Assembly: GCF_009914755.1 (NCBI RefSeq)
Contig: NC_060935.1
Origin: the human T2T-CHM13v2.0 reference genome, Homo sapiens
Reading direction: 5' to 3' (one strand)
DNA: 64,000 nt
Made by a program: the position numbers and the translations under genes
Part shown: positions 43,909-57,109 of the stretch, piece by piece
Layout: every line of letters starts with the position of its first letter
How positions within the stretch are numbered: position 1 is the first letter of the stretch
Notes under the pieces: generated by a model
Database searches by the model: none
The model's input: only the letters and a program-made list of their open reading frames with translations
What the model was told of the DNA's origin: nothing

Positions 43909-44289
43909 GTGAGTTTCCTTCTGATATGAATGCCTGTCTCCAATGCTAAGATACATCATGTTTAAATCATTCTCTTTTTAACATTCTTAAAGAATCACAT
44001 AGGAGTGAATTCTTGGAGATATTTTTATTAAATATGAATAAATATGTATATATTTGTATATGTACGTATATATACATATAGATTTAATAAATTGCAATTG
44101 AAATTTTTTTTAGTTTGAGAGAGAATCTTCTCACTGCTCTAAAAGAGGATTCCATCAAACATTCCCATTTTGCAGATGGAGACCTGCAGAATCAGAAACT
44201 TGAGACTTTTGTCTATACTTACAGAAATAAATTGGCAGACGTTTTCTGAGTCAATAAACCCAAGTAGGTTTCCAACTTAAGTCTTTTCT

Positions 44290-44465
44290 AATTCAGGTAA
44301 TCCTCACCAAAAAATGAAGATATGGGTACTATTGTTATCTTCATTTTAAAGATAGGAAAACCGAGAGGTATATTAAATTACCTAAAATATGTTGCTATTA
44401 AAGAAATGATCTAGTATGAAAATTCAGAAAATGTGGCTCCATAATGTACACTTTTAGCCACTACA
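44290..44465 (-). mobile_element. MIR fragment
   Basis: ATCTTCATTTTAAAGATAGGAAAACCGAG core motif. Confidence 0.6.
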
Positions 44466-44837
44466 CAGTAAAACCATGATTTTACCCATCACCTTTTTGT
44501 CTTGTGGTATTGGAACAAAGAAGCTGATATAAAGAAGATCTATTTAGCTTGAAATTATTAAGATTGCTCATGATAGTTTCTGGCAGTCTTTTAAGAGAGG
44601 GTGTTGCTTTGTTTGACTCAAAGTAGTTTAAACATAAAAGAAGAGTAGAATAATTTTTAAAAAGGTATATGTGGTGTTTTTTCATGCTGACACATGAGAG
44701 TCGCTAATCTCAAATGATCACTTAGCCTCTGCAAAATTTCCAGCCATCAAACAAATATATTCATTATAATGATTTACTTCGTGAACCTTATTGAGTCAGA
44801 AACAGAGCCACAGATATTTCTAAAATATTTTTAAAAC

Positions 44838-45005
44838 TAGTCACAGTGGTGCACACCTGTAGTCCCAGTTACTTGGAAGCCTGAGGCAGGACTGCTTGTG
44901 GCCAGGAGTTTAAGGCTATAGTGTTCTGTGAACATGCATGTCAATAGCCACTGTACTCTAGCCTGGGCAACATAGCAAGACCCCAACTCCAAAATAAATT
45001 TAAAA
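44838..45005 (+). mobile_element. Alu right monomer (FRAM/AluJ fragment)
   Basis: GTGGTGCACACCTGTAGTCCCAG...GCCTGGGCAACATAGCAAGACCCC. Confidence 0.85.
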
Positions 45006-45925
45006 ATACAAAGTAATTTTTAAATGCTTAAAAATATTTTAAGTTGATAGAAAAATAAACATTTAAAGTGAGAGATGCACTTAATCAAACATTTTATTTA
45101 ACCAAAGTTCTGTTCCATCTCTGCTGGCCCTTTTCTCACCTCTCACAACACAAAAAGATTTGCGGGATTAGTAATTTTGAGTCAACTTGATTTGCAGCCC
45201 ATATTTCTCACTTTGTAGCTATGGGTAATTTGTTCATTTTCTTTGATTTTCAATCTTTTCTCTTACAAAATTCAAGTTTTTATACTTTCTTAACCAGATA
45301 TTTTGGGGACTAATTGGAATCATCTATGTAAAATATCTAACTGCTATAAAATCTGTTCCTAGGGCTGGTCTCAGGTAAGCTTCAATATATGCTAGCTCTT
45401 TTTCAAGTCATTCTGGAAAATTGAGATTTGACCATCAATTGAGAAAAGCATGTACAAAATCTTTTATTAATAATATTCCTATATATGTTCGTAAATTAGG
45501 TTACACTCAATTATACCTTTTTTATTTTGCTTGATGAATCAGTAAGATTCTATAAAAATATTTTAAATTTTAAAATATTTCTTGCTAAAAATAAGGCTGA
45601 CCACAATCATGGTAAATAAACCTTCACATAATTTGTAATATAGCAAGGAGTTTCAAAAATATATTCTCAATTAAGAATCCTTTTTCCTTTTCAAAATAAG
45701 TCATTGAAGGGTATCTAGAAATATAATAATGTTTGTTTCTGGGTTTAATGTTTATTCTGGGGGTAAAGTATAGTGAAAACTCTATTAAAAATATTTATTG
45801 ATATCAACCTTGTAAACCAAAAAATAGGAAAGCGAAATTAATATGCCAAAAGGCACGGGTTGAATTTTGGGTTTCAGTTTCTGTTTCCAAGCTGAAGTAA
45901 AAGTTAATGATTTAGCACGTTGCGG

Positions 45926-46449
45926 TGTTATAATATATATTGGTTTTTGTCCATGATTCGTGGCTTATAACTCCCTCAGCCCTTGCTACAGTCTTTTGTT
46001 ATAATGTTGTATGTGTTAGGCCTCATAGGAAGGTCCTTGACTTTCTCCTGCCTTCCTTTGATTCTTATGTTTCCCTTCCTTTCTGATTGTGGGTCTTAAG
46101 ATTTTCCCATGAGAGAGTCGCACCCTATGGGAGAAGTAATACTGATGTCACAAAGCTTTCATAAAAACCCAGGAGGAAGGATTTAGTGAGCTTCCAGATA
46201 GCTGAACATGTGGAGGTTCCTGGAGGGTGGTACACCCAGGGAGGGCATGGAAGCTCTATGTCTCTTCCCCCACACCTTGCCCTATGCATCTCTTCATCTG
46301 TATTCTTTGCAATATCCTTTAAAATAAATGGGTAAATGTTTAAGTGTTTCTTAACACTTGAGTTAAGATGAACTGCTTCTATCATCTGCTCTGAGTTCTA
46401 AGAACTGCTCCAGCAAATTAATCAAACCCAGAGAGGGTGTCATGGGAAC
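45926..46449 (+). mobile_element. MER21-like LTR, truncated at the HERV-H insertion
   Basis: GAGCTTCCAGATAGCTGAACATGTGGAGGTTCCTGGAGGGTGG...CCCTATGCATCTCTTC...CATGGGAAC. Confidence 0.75.
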
Positions 46450-46939
46450 TGCCACGCACGTCTGTGTGAAGAGACAACCAAACAGGCTTTATGTGAGCAA
46501 TAAAGCTTTTTAATCACCTGGGTGAAAGCAGGCTGAGTCCAAAAAGAGAGTCAGCAAAGGGTGGTGGGATTATCATTAGTTCTTATAGGTTTGGGATAGG
46601 CAGTGGAGTTAGGAGCAATTTTTTGTGGGCAGGGTGTAGATCTTACACAGTACATTCTCAAGGGTGGGCAGAATATTACAAAGTATCTTCTTAAGGGTGG
46701 GGAGGGGGGCAGGATATTACAAAGTACCTTCTCAAGGATGGGGAGGGTGTATTGTCAAAAAGTTAATTGATCAGTTAGGGTGGGGCAGGAACAAATCACA
46801 ATGGTGGAATGTCATCACTTAAGGCAGGAACTGGCTATTTTCACTTCTTTTGTGGATCTTTAGTTGCTTCAGGTCATCTGGATGTATACTGCAGGTCACA
46901 AGGGAAATGATGGCTTAGCTTGGGCTCCGAGGCCTGACA
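46450..46939 (-). mobile_element. LTR7 (LTR7C-like), 3' LTR of HERV-H
   Basis: GATGGCTTAGCTTGGGCTCCGAGGCCTGACA is the reverse complement of the LTR7 start. TGCCACGCACGTCTGTGTGAAGAGAC is the reverse complement of the LTR7 end. Confidence 0.92.
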
Positions 46940-49900
46940 TGCCTGTCTTCTTATATTAATAAGAAAAATAAAACAAAATAGTGGTGAAGTGTGTTGCGGC
47001 AGCAAAAATTTTTGGGGGGTGGCATGGAGAGATAATGGACGATGTTTCTCAGGGCTGCTTTGAGCGGGATTAGGGGCAGTGTGGGAACCTACAGTGGGAG
47101 AGATTAAACTGAAGAAAGATTTTGGGGTAGGGAGTGATATTGTGGGGTTGTTAGAGGGAGCATTTGTCCTATAGAATGATTGGTGATGGCCTGGATGTGG
47201 TTTTGTAAGAACTGAGAAACTAAATGGAAGACACAATGTCTGAATAAGAGGAGAAAAACAGGTATTAAAGGACTAAGAATGGGAGGACCCAGGATATCCA
47301 ATTAGAGAGTGCCCAAGGGGGTTCAGCATAATTATTTGATTGGTTGGCAAATTTTTAGGCTCTATCCTTGAGTTTTTTTATGTTGTCATATATCAGGCCA
47401 GATTGATTTAGGTAAAAACAACACTCTTCATTTAAAAATATATAGTCTTCCTTTCGCAGCAGTGAGTAAGTCGAGGCCTTGTCAATTTTGGAGGAAACAG
47501 AAATGCAAAGTCAGCAATTGTTTGTTAAAGAAGGATTAGAAACAGCTAGGAGAGAGTGCGTGAGATTGATAGTGTGGTGGAGATAGCTGGGGAGAGGTAG
47601 AGGGTGGAGAATAAGAGTGAGTATAAAAGTAAAGAATAGGACTTCATCAGGGTGAAACTATTGGAAGGTACACTGTCAGCAAAGATCATCTATCCACTCC
47701 AAGAAAGAGTCAACAGTGTCGGATTGGGGATAGTACCAGGAGATATCCACTATGATGGTTTGGAGGAAAAGCATAAACTAGCAGTGTAAACAGGGGCAGG
47801 GCATTTATAAGTAGATGAGAATGGTGAATAGGAGTATGACTAGACAGAAGATAGTAGGGATGACAAGTATTTGGGGCACAGTCCAAGTAGTGAGGATGAC
47901 TGCATAAAGCCCTCTTGTAAACAGTAGGGTAAGGAAGAAGAAACCTAATGAAAATGAAAGGATCTATTAGGCTTATAAGGGTTACTATTATCCTTTAAGA
48001 ATGCGAGTGAGTTTAAGGGAAGTAGGAGAGAGTACTTGCAACTTCCAGGAGGAAGAGGAGAAATCAGGCTGGCTGGCTGATAGGCACAGCTTTACTCTGG
48101 AACAGTGAACATAATGGCGGGGGCGGGGGTGGTTCTGAAGACAAACAGCCATTGGGGTGCTATAGATGATTAAGTGGGGTCTAATCCACCGAGGTTGTAG
48201 AGTTTGAGGGGTCAGATTCTTAAGAACTGACCATCCAGTAGGGTGTTTTCATAAGGCTGGGAATCTGGAGTAGGCAAGAGGAGATTAGCAGCCTGGCAAA
48301 TTTCCTGTCTAGCCTGCTGGAGGACTGGAAGATAGTCGCCTAGAGGGCTGGTGTCTGTAATGAAGTTGGGGCCGAGCAAGAAAGTGCGTCCATATAAAAG
48401 TTCAAATGGACTGTACCCTGTGGCATCTCAAGGACAAGCTCTAATTCTGAGAAGGGATAGTGGTAAAAGTATTGTCCAGTCCTTTTTAAGTTGGAGGCTG
48501 AGCTTGGTGAGGTGTGTCTTTAAAAGACCATTAGTCCAGTCTACCCTTCCTGAAGATTGAGGACGGTAAGGGGTATGAAGGTTCCACTGAATACCAAGAG
48601 CCTGAGAAACTGCTTGGGCAATTTGGCTAATAAAGGCTGGCCCATTATCAGACTGTATAGAGGTGGGAAGGTCAAACCAAGGAATTATGTCTCACAGAAA
48701 GGAAGAAATGACCACGGTGGCCTTCTCAGACCCTGTGGGAAAGGCCTCTACCCATACAGTGAATGTGGCTACCCCAGACCAAGAGGTATTTTAGTTTCCT
48801 GACTCGGGGCATGTGAGTAAAGTCAATTTGCCAGTCCTGGGCAGGAGCAAATCCCCCAGCTTGATGTATACGGAAGGGAGGGGGCCTGAACAATCCCTGA
48901 AGAGTAGTAGAATAGCAGATGGAACACTGAGAAGTGATTTCCTTGAGGATAGGTTTCCATGATGGAAAGGGAATGAGATGTTCTAAGAGACAGGCTAGTT
49001 GCTTGTAACCTACATGGAAGAGGTTATGAAATGATGACAGAATAGAATGAGCCTGTGAGGCTGGAAGGAGATATTTTCCTTGGTCTAAGAATGATTTGCC
49101 TTGTGTGGGAAGAGATTGATAGGTGGAAGTTTCAGTGGGAGAGTAGGTGGGAGTGACAGATGAGAAGGAGAAAAAATGGCCATGAGGGACAGAAGTTGGA
49201 AAGCTAACTGCTTTTTTAGCTACCTTATCAGCATAAGCGTTGCCCTGAGTGATGGGATCTGATGCCTTTTGATGGCCCTTGCAGTGAATGACTCCAACTT
49301 CCTTTGGAAGTAAAGTGGCCTTGAGAAGAGTTTTTATTAAAGAGGCATTAATGATGGAGGACCCTTGCGTAGTGAGGAAATCTCTTTCTGTCCATATAAC
49401 AGCATGGTGGTGCAGGGATATGGAAGGCACACTTACAGTCTGTATAAATATTGACGTTTAGTCCCTTTGCAAGATTGAGGGCTCGAATTAAGGCAATGAG
49501 TTCAGCTTGCTGAGAGGTAGTGGAGCGGGGCAGAGTGGTAGCCTCAATGATAGATGTGGAATATACTATAGCATAGCCTGCCTTTGCTGGTGAGTGTCAA
49601 TTAGGCCTGGTGGAACTGACATCAATAAAACAAGTGTGATCAGGGTGAGGAACAGGAAAGAAGGGAATACGGGGAAAAGGAGTGAATGTCAGGTGGATCA
49701 GAGAGATACAGTCATGGGGGTCAGATGTAGTATCAGGAATAATGTGGGAGGCCAGATTGAAGTCTGGGCCAGGAACAATGGTAATTGTGGGAGACTCAAC
49801 AAAGAGTGAGTATAGCTGAAGGAGCTGGGGGGCAGAAAGTGTATGTGTCAAGTGTGAAGAAGAAAATAGATTTAGAAAGTTATGAGAACTGTAGAGACTG

Positions 49901-50143
49901 AGTTGAGCACCGTTTGTGATTTTTGAGGGCCTCTAAAAGTAGTAAAGCAGCGGCAGTCACCGCACATAGACATGAGGGCTAGGCTAAAACAGTAAGTTCA
50001 AGTTGTTTGGACAGAAAGGCTACAGGGCACAGTCCCGGCTCTTGTGTAAGAATTCTGACTGCACAGTCCTTTACTTTGGCTATGTGTAATGAAAAGGGTT
50101 AGGATGAGTTAGGGAGAATTAGTGTGGGAGCAGCTTCTAGGGC
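46940..50143 (-). mobile_element. HERV-H internal region (pol 3' part and internally deleted env), 5'-truncated
   Basis: ORF 48726..49430 contains RNase H (VIHCKGHQK...GNAYAD) and integrase (CSIC zinc-finger, WQIDFTHMP). ORF 47104..47301 is the env TM tail. An ISD remnant LQN*QGLDLLTA lies at about 47455-47495. Confidence 0.93.
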
Positions 50144-50699
50144 ATTTTTCTTGACTTTATATCACTGAACAAAATAGATAATTATCTCTGCACTTATGAA
50201 GCTGATATTCCATAAAAGGAAGAAATCTGTAAATAATAATGCTAAAAATATGCAAATTATAAAGGAAGATTGAAAGTACAGACATAAGTTAATCTAAAAT
50301 AAAATTATTTTATATATTTGTATATCTATAGAGAGATTGTATAATTATATATGATAACACATTAGTTTATAAGCAGGAAAAAAGCCCTAAAATATTTTAA
50401 ATAAGAAAGATCACATTCTATATTGATTACTTTAGAAATCATCTTAATTGTTTTTCAAGGAGAGTTTGGCCTCTGGAGTCCTAGAGCCCAGCAAGTCTAA
50501 TATTCTAATTGATGTGGAACCACAAGCTTGTGACCTTCCATTTATGCCTTTTTAAGAACTGTCTCATGGCATTTGAAGAAGAAACAGAACTAACCTATGT
50601 CTTCAATTATACAAAATCTTCAGAAATTTATCCTAAGATTTGGATGGATTGCAACATTCTTCAACATTTGTTGCAAACACCAGGCAAATGAATTACTTC

Positions 50700-51226
50700 T
50701 TTGTCTTTTTTTACTGCCTGAGCACTTGTCCTCTAGATTTCTCTCATAACCCAAGTTTTATAACCAAAGTCTCCACTCAAATATCACCTTCTCAGGAACA
50801 TTTTTGCCACTATATTAAATGCAGCCCCTTTTCTTTGGTATTTTATGTCATGTCGTCTTTTATTTGCTTTTTAGCACTGAAACTTATTTATTTAATTATT
50901 TATTGCTTATTTTATTTATTATTTATTTTTGTTTACTTTCTTGTTTATTGCTCCCATCCCCTTTTAGCCCAAATTCAGCTACCTGACAGATGATATTTTA
51001 TGTCATGTTGTCTTTTATTTGCTTTTTAGCACTGAAACTAATTTCTTTATTTATTGTTTATTTTATTTTTGTTTATTTTCTTGTTTATTGCTCCCATCCC
51101 CCTTGAGCCCAAATTCAGCTACCTGACAGATGATCTTCTGTCTGGCTCATTCACAGATAAAGCTCCAGGTTTGGCATAGTTGCTGGTACAGAGTACCTGT
51201 TCAATATTCCTCTGTTGAATGAATGA
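50700..51226 (+). mobile_element. L2 3' fragment containing a tandem duplication
   Basis: CTCAAATATCACCTTCTCAGG and a terminal GCATAGTTGCTGGTACAGAGTACCTGTTCAATATT...TGTTGAATGAATGA. Confidence 0.7.
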
Positions 51227-51339
51227 TGAGTGCCTCTAATTGTCCATGGTTAAAATATGAAGGAAGAGTTATACTTTAGTGGAATTATTATCTCAAAATT
51301 AAATGAAATTAAAGGAATTAACTTTTGGTGTAGGAAGAA

Positions 51340-51505
51340 AAGGACTTAGTTTAGTCTTTAAGCCTGAATTGGTTGAGGATTTCAAATTCTGGCTTTGTCA
51401 CCCACTAAGCATGTGTACTTGAGAAACTAACATAAATTCTTTCTGCCTAAGTTTCCTTATCTATATAATGGTAATAATTGTAATACCTCAATTTTATAGA
51501 ATGAT
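51340..51505 (+). mobile_element. MIR fragment
   Basis: TTCAAATTCTGGCTTTGTCAC...TCTGCCTAAGTTTCCTTATCTATATAATGG. Confidence 0.7.
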
Positions 51506-52370
51506 TATAATTCTTATTCTTATGATTGCACCTGTTAATATTATAAAAGGAATGGGATAGCAATTCCAATATAGTCATTAAAAATTGTGGCTAAAGATGT
51601 AATGGATATATTGTAAAGCAACTGCTCATATCTGCAATTAAACCAGCGTTGTCCTATACATTATAGCTATTTTTAGAGAACTATTGAGGTTCATGATATT
51701 ATACAAAAAAAGAAAGAATGATGGCAGACTGATAGGCCATATAACAGCTCCTGAGTATAGGGCTACTGACATCCATATTCAATGGAAATTATCTAGAGTA
51801 TCTGCAACACACTTACATCTGGTGTCCCTCAGTTCTTTACTATGATCCTACTGATATCAAATGTCAGAAAGAAAGTTTGTACAACACAAATGTTCCATGT
51901 ACTTTCCATTCTTTAATCTAAATTTGTTAAGAAAAAATGTTTTTGCTGCCTGTATGAATAGTGTGAGTTAAATTTTATCTATACACATTATGTGATAGCA
52001 CTTTAAAAATTCTTCTTAGCTCACCCATTTAGCAGAGTTTGTATTAAACTTGTCCCACTTTGTGAAAGTAAATATTCCTTATTATACTTAGTGAAACACT
52101 CTCATTTTACCTATGTGGAATTTCTCAGGAATCAACTGTGTCCATTAAGTTATCTCATAAACACAGAGATCAGACTCAAGGCTATCATAAAAAAAGATGA
52201 AGTCTCAAAAGAAAACTCATCCAAAAAGTAGACATTTTTTTCGAGACCTGAGAAAATCCAAAGGCTCAGGAAAAAAGTGATTTTGGGAGTTGATATGTTT
52301 TTCAAATGCGACAGTATATGAAGAGAGAATTTTTATATAGAATGTCCTGTGTTGAATATTTCAGTCCATA

Positions 52371-52846
52371 TGTTATAGGTTGAATAATGTGGCCTCAAAA
52401 TTCCATGTGAAGCCCTAAGCCCCAGAATATGACCTTATTAAGAAACATGGTTGTTGCAGGTATGATTAGTTAAGATGAGCTCATTAAGGCAAAACCTTTG
52501 CCCAATATGACCAGTGCTCTTATAAAAGTGGAAATTTGTACAGAGACACACACATACACACACACACACACACACACATTGGGACAGAGTCCTGTGAAGA
52601 TGAAAGTAGAGATCAAGGTGATGCTTCTGTAAGCCAAGAAATCCCAAAGATTTTCTTCAAACCACCATAGGCTAAAGGAGAAGCATAAAACAGATCCTTC
52701 CTCACAACCGTCAGAAATAACCAATCCTGCTGACTGCTTGATCTTGAGCTTCTAGCCTCTACAACAGTAATATGAGAAATGTTTGTTGCTTAAACCACAG
52801 TTTTTGTTGTGGTACTTTGTAATGACAGTCCTAGAAAGCTAATAAT
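52371..52846 (+). mobile_element. MLT1B/C-like MaLR solo LTR
   Basis: TGTTATAGGTTGAATAATGTGGCCTCAAAATTC start and GTGGTACTTTGTAATGACAGTCCTAGAAAGCTAATA end. Confidence 0.85.
52546..52578 (+). repeat. (CA)n microsatellite inside MLT1
   Basis: About 16 CA units with one interruption. Confidence 0.95.
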
Positions 52847-53199
52847 CCATCCTAATGAACAGTGCTTAAAATACGAGATTTGGCAACCATCCTAGCTATA
52901 GACAGAAAAGCAGTCTATGTGGTATATGTCCTAGAATGGACCCTCCATAATATTTTTTTCTTATTGGGCCAAATTGTCTCTATCACTGATTAATTCCTGG
53001 TTCTAAAGCAGTGACCTAGGACTTTTACTCTAATATATCCATCAAGCCCAGCTAACGTTTACTGAGTAACTATTACTTGCAAGTTAGTGCTCTAGGTTCT
53101 TTCTCCATTATATTTAGGCATATTTTATTCCTTAAGCAAACAAACAAACAAACAAAAAACTGACATTAGTTAGCAAGACAAATGTAGGCAATGCCTTTA

Positions 53200-53400
53200 G
53201 TTTGAGAAAGAAAATATACTTTATATCTGAGGACTATGAGCCTTCTAAAGGGCTCCTACATCATCAGGCTCAGAAAGGCATGAGAGACAACAGTTACCTG
53301 CTACTTTCTTCCTTGTACTATGTAATTGTCTCTTGAAGCTGCTTGTTATGTGAACTGTAGATTGACTGCTGCCCATAAAGCTATAAATGAACCTAATTGT
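53200..53400 (+). mobile_element. ERV1-class LTR fragment (family uncertain)
   Basis: AAAATATACTTTATATCTGAGGAC...CATCAGGCTCAGAAAGGCA resembles MER-type LTR 5' text. Confidence 0.4.
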
Positions 53401-53706
53401 GTGTGTCTTTTAAAAAAATTATTTATTTTGAGACAGAGTCTCTCTCTGTCACCCAATCTGGAGTGCAGTGACACTATCTTGGCTCACTGCAACTTCCACC
53501 TCCCAGGTTCAAGCAATTCTCATGCCCCAGTCTCCTGAGTAGCTGGGATTGCGGGCGCCCACTACCACACCCAGCCAATTTTTGTATTTTTAGTAGAGAT
53601 TGGGTTTTGCCGTGTTGGCTGATCTCAAACTCCTGACCTCACGTGATCCTCCTGCCTCAACCTCCCAAAGTACTGGGATTACAGGTATGAGCCACCAAGT
53701 CCGGCC
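53401..53706 (-). mobile_element. Alu (AluS-like) with a 15-bp TSD
   Basis: AATGAACCTAATTGT at 53386-53400 and again at 53709-53723. Confidence 0.93.
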
Positions 53707-53720
53707 CCAATGAACCTAAT

Positions 53721-54140
53721 TGTTAACAGAAAATTCAAACTCTGTAAAATATTTCAAAGAGGTTTATTCTGAGCAAGTGTGAATGACCATGGACCAGAGA
53801 AAGCATGCCCAGGGCAACTGGGTTACAGTTCTTTTAATACATTTTAGGAAGACAGGAGTTCTAGGCAAAGACAGAAACCAGTACATGAAAGGTATACATT
53901 GATATGGCACAAAAAGGCAGAACATATTCAAGGGGAAGTGGGAAGGGCTTGTATAAGTCATAGGTGGGCTTTGGGGATTCTTTAGTTGACTATTGGTTGA
54001 GAAAGAATAGCTTTATTTTCTAAAGATTGAAATAAACAGATAAAAAAACAGATTAAAGACAATTTTCTCTAATTTTAATGGGGGCTGGGTTTCCTCAGTC
54101 AAACTCTGGGGCTTCTTTATACGCATTTAGGGTTCCACAG
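53721..54140 (-). mobile_element. MER57-like ERV1 LTR
   Basis: TGTTAACAGAAAATTCAAACTCTGTAAAATATTTCAAAGAGGTTTATTCTGAGC terminus. Confidence 0.7.
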
Positions 54141-54749
54141 AAAAGAATGTGACAAGCAATGATCTAGACAATATTGAAGATTTTCTAAGTCTTATATTGT
54201 ATATTCGTATAATTCTAAAGGTATAATGGAGCTGGTTTTATCTTCTCTTTGTAGATGAGAATAAATAATCCACTGAAAATACAGACTAAACATCTGAATT
54301 CTTTCCCTTGAATGAGAAAACCATCCTGGAAGTCAGGTTTAAACAAAAAGAGTGTTATGTAAAGATAATTTCTAAAATACTTTCAAGTGTTATATATTAC
54401 AGTCTTTCCTCTAAATAGGAAAGATCATATGTCCTTGGACATTTTTGTCATCATTATTGTAAAATGCAAAATGAAGGGCCTTGTTATTCAGAATGACGTG
54501 TCAAGTGTTTCTATTTTCATAAAACCAGATTTATTAGAAATTTTTGTACCCAAAGGGACACTGATAGTCTCCTTTATTAGCACAATTAACAATTATTAGC
54601 ATGAAGGACAATTTTCTTGCCTTTCAGATACTGATTCAAATCAATACTGGTGGGTAAAACATTCACAGCATTATCAAAACTGATACTGTAAGGACTTTCT
54701 GGAAACCAACTGTGTGGATTACTGAATGCTTTCAAATAATTATATCCTT

Positions 54750-56740
54750 TATTTTAACATACTTATCGCCCTGTTTTCCATAAAAATTTATAATAAAAAC
54801 CTTTAGACATATAGGATATTTGAAAGAACCATGCATACACCACATATAATCTACAATAAATACTTTGCTATATTTGATTTAACATATAACTATCCTTCTA
54901 GCCCTTTCTCCATTCATCTGTGATATTTGTGGATGGACTTATTCTATCTTCATATTTTGGATGCATTTCAACCCTAGTTATAGCCTCAGTATACCTCACT
55001 TCTAAACACTTCAGTGTGTATGGCAATGAACAGTTTTATATACTTATATATTTATTTTTATTGGTGGAGGTAAAATTAGTGAAATGAACAAATATTAAGT
55101 ATGCTATTTGATCAGTTTTGAAAAATGAGTACACATGTATAACTATCAAAATATTGAACATCATCATCACCCCAAGAAAAAGTATCTTCTTTGGCCCTTG
55201 CCAATGAGTTCTTACCTCTCTCAAGACCAGCAAGATTTAGCATCTGTTATAATAATTTTAATCAATGATTAATTTAGCATATTCTAAAGATTTCTTTCAC
55301 TTGAAATAATGTTTTTGACTCTCCTTAATATTGTTTCATGTATCAATAGTTTGTTCTTTTTTATTGGTAAATAATATTTATTTTACGAATATATCACACT
55401 TGGTTTTTGTTTTGCTTTGTATTGCATTCTGTTGATGAATATTTGAACTTTTTTAAATTGTCAGCTATCATGAATAAAGCTTCTGTGAAAATTTTTGTGG
55501 AATTCTTTTGGCAGGCATATGTATTCTTCCTAGCATGGGTGAATATGAAGTTACGTGTTTAGTTTTCTAAGAAACTTCCATGAATTTTTTAGTGGCTGCA
55601 ATATTTTACATGCCCACCTATCAACCACATGAGAGAGTTCTTATTACCTCCCCTGCACACTAAAATTTGATGTGGTCAATATTTTAAATGTGAGCCCTTC
55701 TACTACTGGCATTATAGCTTTAATTTTCAAGTCACTGATGACTACTGATGTTGAGTACATTTAATAATTTTATCATCATTCATACATCTTCCTTTATAAA
55801 GTGTTCAATTATTTGACCATATTTCTATTAGTTATATTTCACTTATTAAGTTAGAGAAATTCTTTATATGTTGTGTATACCAATTCCTTGTTTCTCTCTG
55901 TCACTCTCACACATATGTATACATATGCAAATATATATGTGTATACATGCAACTACATATCTTCACACACATTGAGAATATTTTTTTCTGAGCCTACAAA
56001 TTGCATGTTTATTTTCTCAATGGTGTATTTTGATACGTATTTAATTATTTTGGCATGTTTTCAAACATTGATTTGCTTTTTATGTGTATATTTATTTCTG
56101 GGCTCTGTGTACTCTTCCTTAATCTCTCCATCTATTCATCCTAATACGAGGTTCATGTCCTCTTGACAGTTGAAACTTTAGAATAGTCTTAAAATCAGAG
56201 AGTATACATTCCAATTTCCCAGTGTCTCTTTCTCATGATTTCTTCAGAAATTCAAGCTAATTCGTTTGTATTTCTATTTAAATTTTGGAGCCAGGTTGTC
56301 AAGTTCTACTAAAAATAACAATGTGATTTGAAATGAGCTTGGTGTGTGTGCATGTGTGTTTGTGTTTATGTGCTTATTAGGCAAATTTTTGGTATAAAAA
56401 TATTGAGTCTTCCAATCTATAAGCAGGATGCATCATTAATCCAATTATTTTGGTATTCTTTAATTTTCATTAGCAACATTTTGAAGTTGTTAATGTAGAT
56501 AACCTGTGCACTAATTATTAAATTTAATCCCTTGAATTTCATTTTGATGGTATAATTGCACATGTTTTAAAATTTCATTTCCTAATAGTTTGCTTATAAT
56601 AAAAACAAATTCAATAGATTATTGAACACTTTCCTTGTATGTTCTTACTAAATTTACTTATTTACTAGTTTTTTGTAGATGCCTTAGGATTTTGTACATA
56701 AGCAATCATGTAATTTGCAAATACAGACACAAATTATTTT
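54750..56740 (-). mobile_element. Very old L1 (L1MC-ME type) fragment
   Basis: Decayed antisense L1 3' UTR/ORF2 (GCTATCATGAATAAAGCTTCTGTGAA, TATTGAGTCTTCCAATCTAT). Confidence 0.7.
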
Positions 56741-57109
56741 TCACCCTTAAGATGTATACTTGAGTTTATCTTAAAGTTATTTTTACTTTAATTCCTCTAA
56801 AAGAGAATATGGTAAGAAAAACAAAAAGAAGTGAAAAATAAGTAATGATGCCTTGGGAAAAGTGTGTTAGAACATTCAAAGCTTCGGAGATGAAAGCCTT
56901 GTTAGAATAGGTAAAATACGTAAAAGATACAGACAAGTAAAAGGAATAAACGATTGAAAGGAAAACAAGCACACAGTAGTGGAAGTGTATAAGAGATAAA
57001 AGTGCATTTGAATATAAATTCCATCTAGAATATAAAAAAGTAGGTCATATTCTAACCTACTTATTTTTGGTATTCTTGATAAAAATCTAGAGTAAATGAA
57101 TAAATATCT

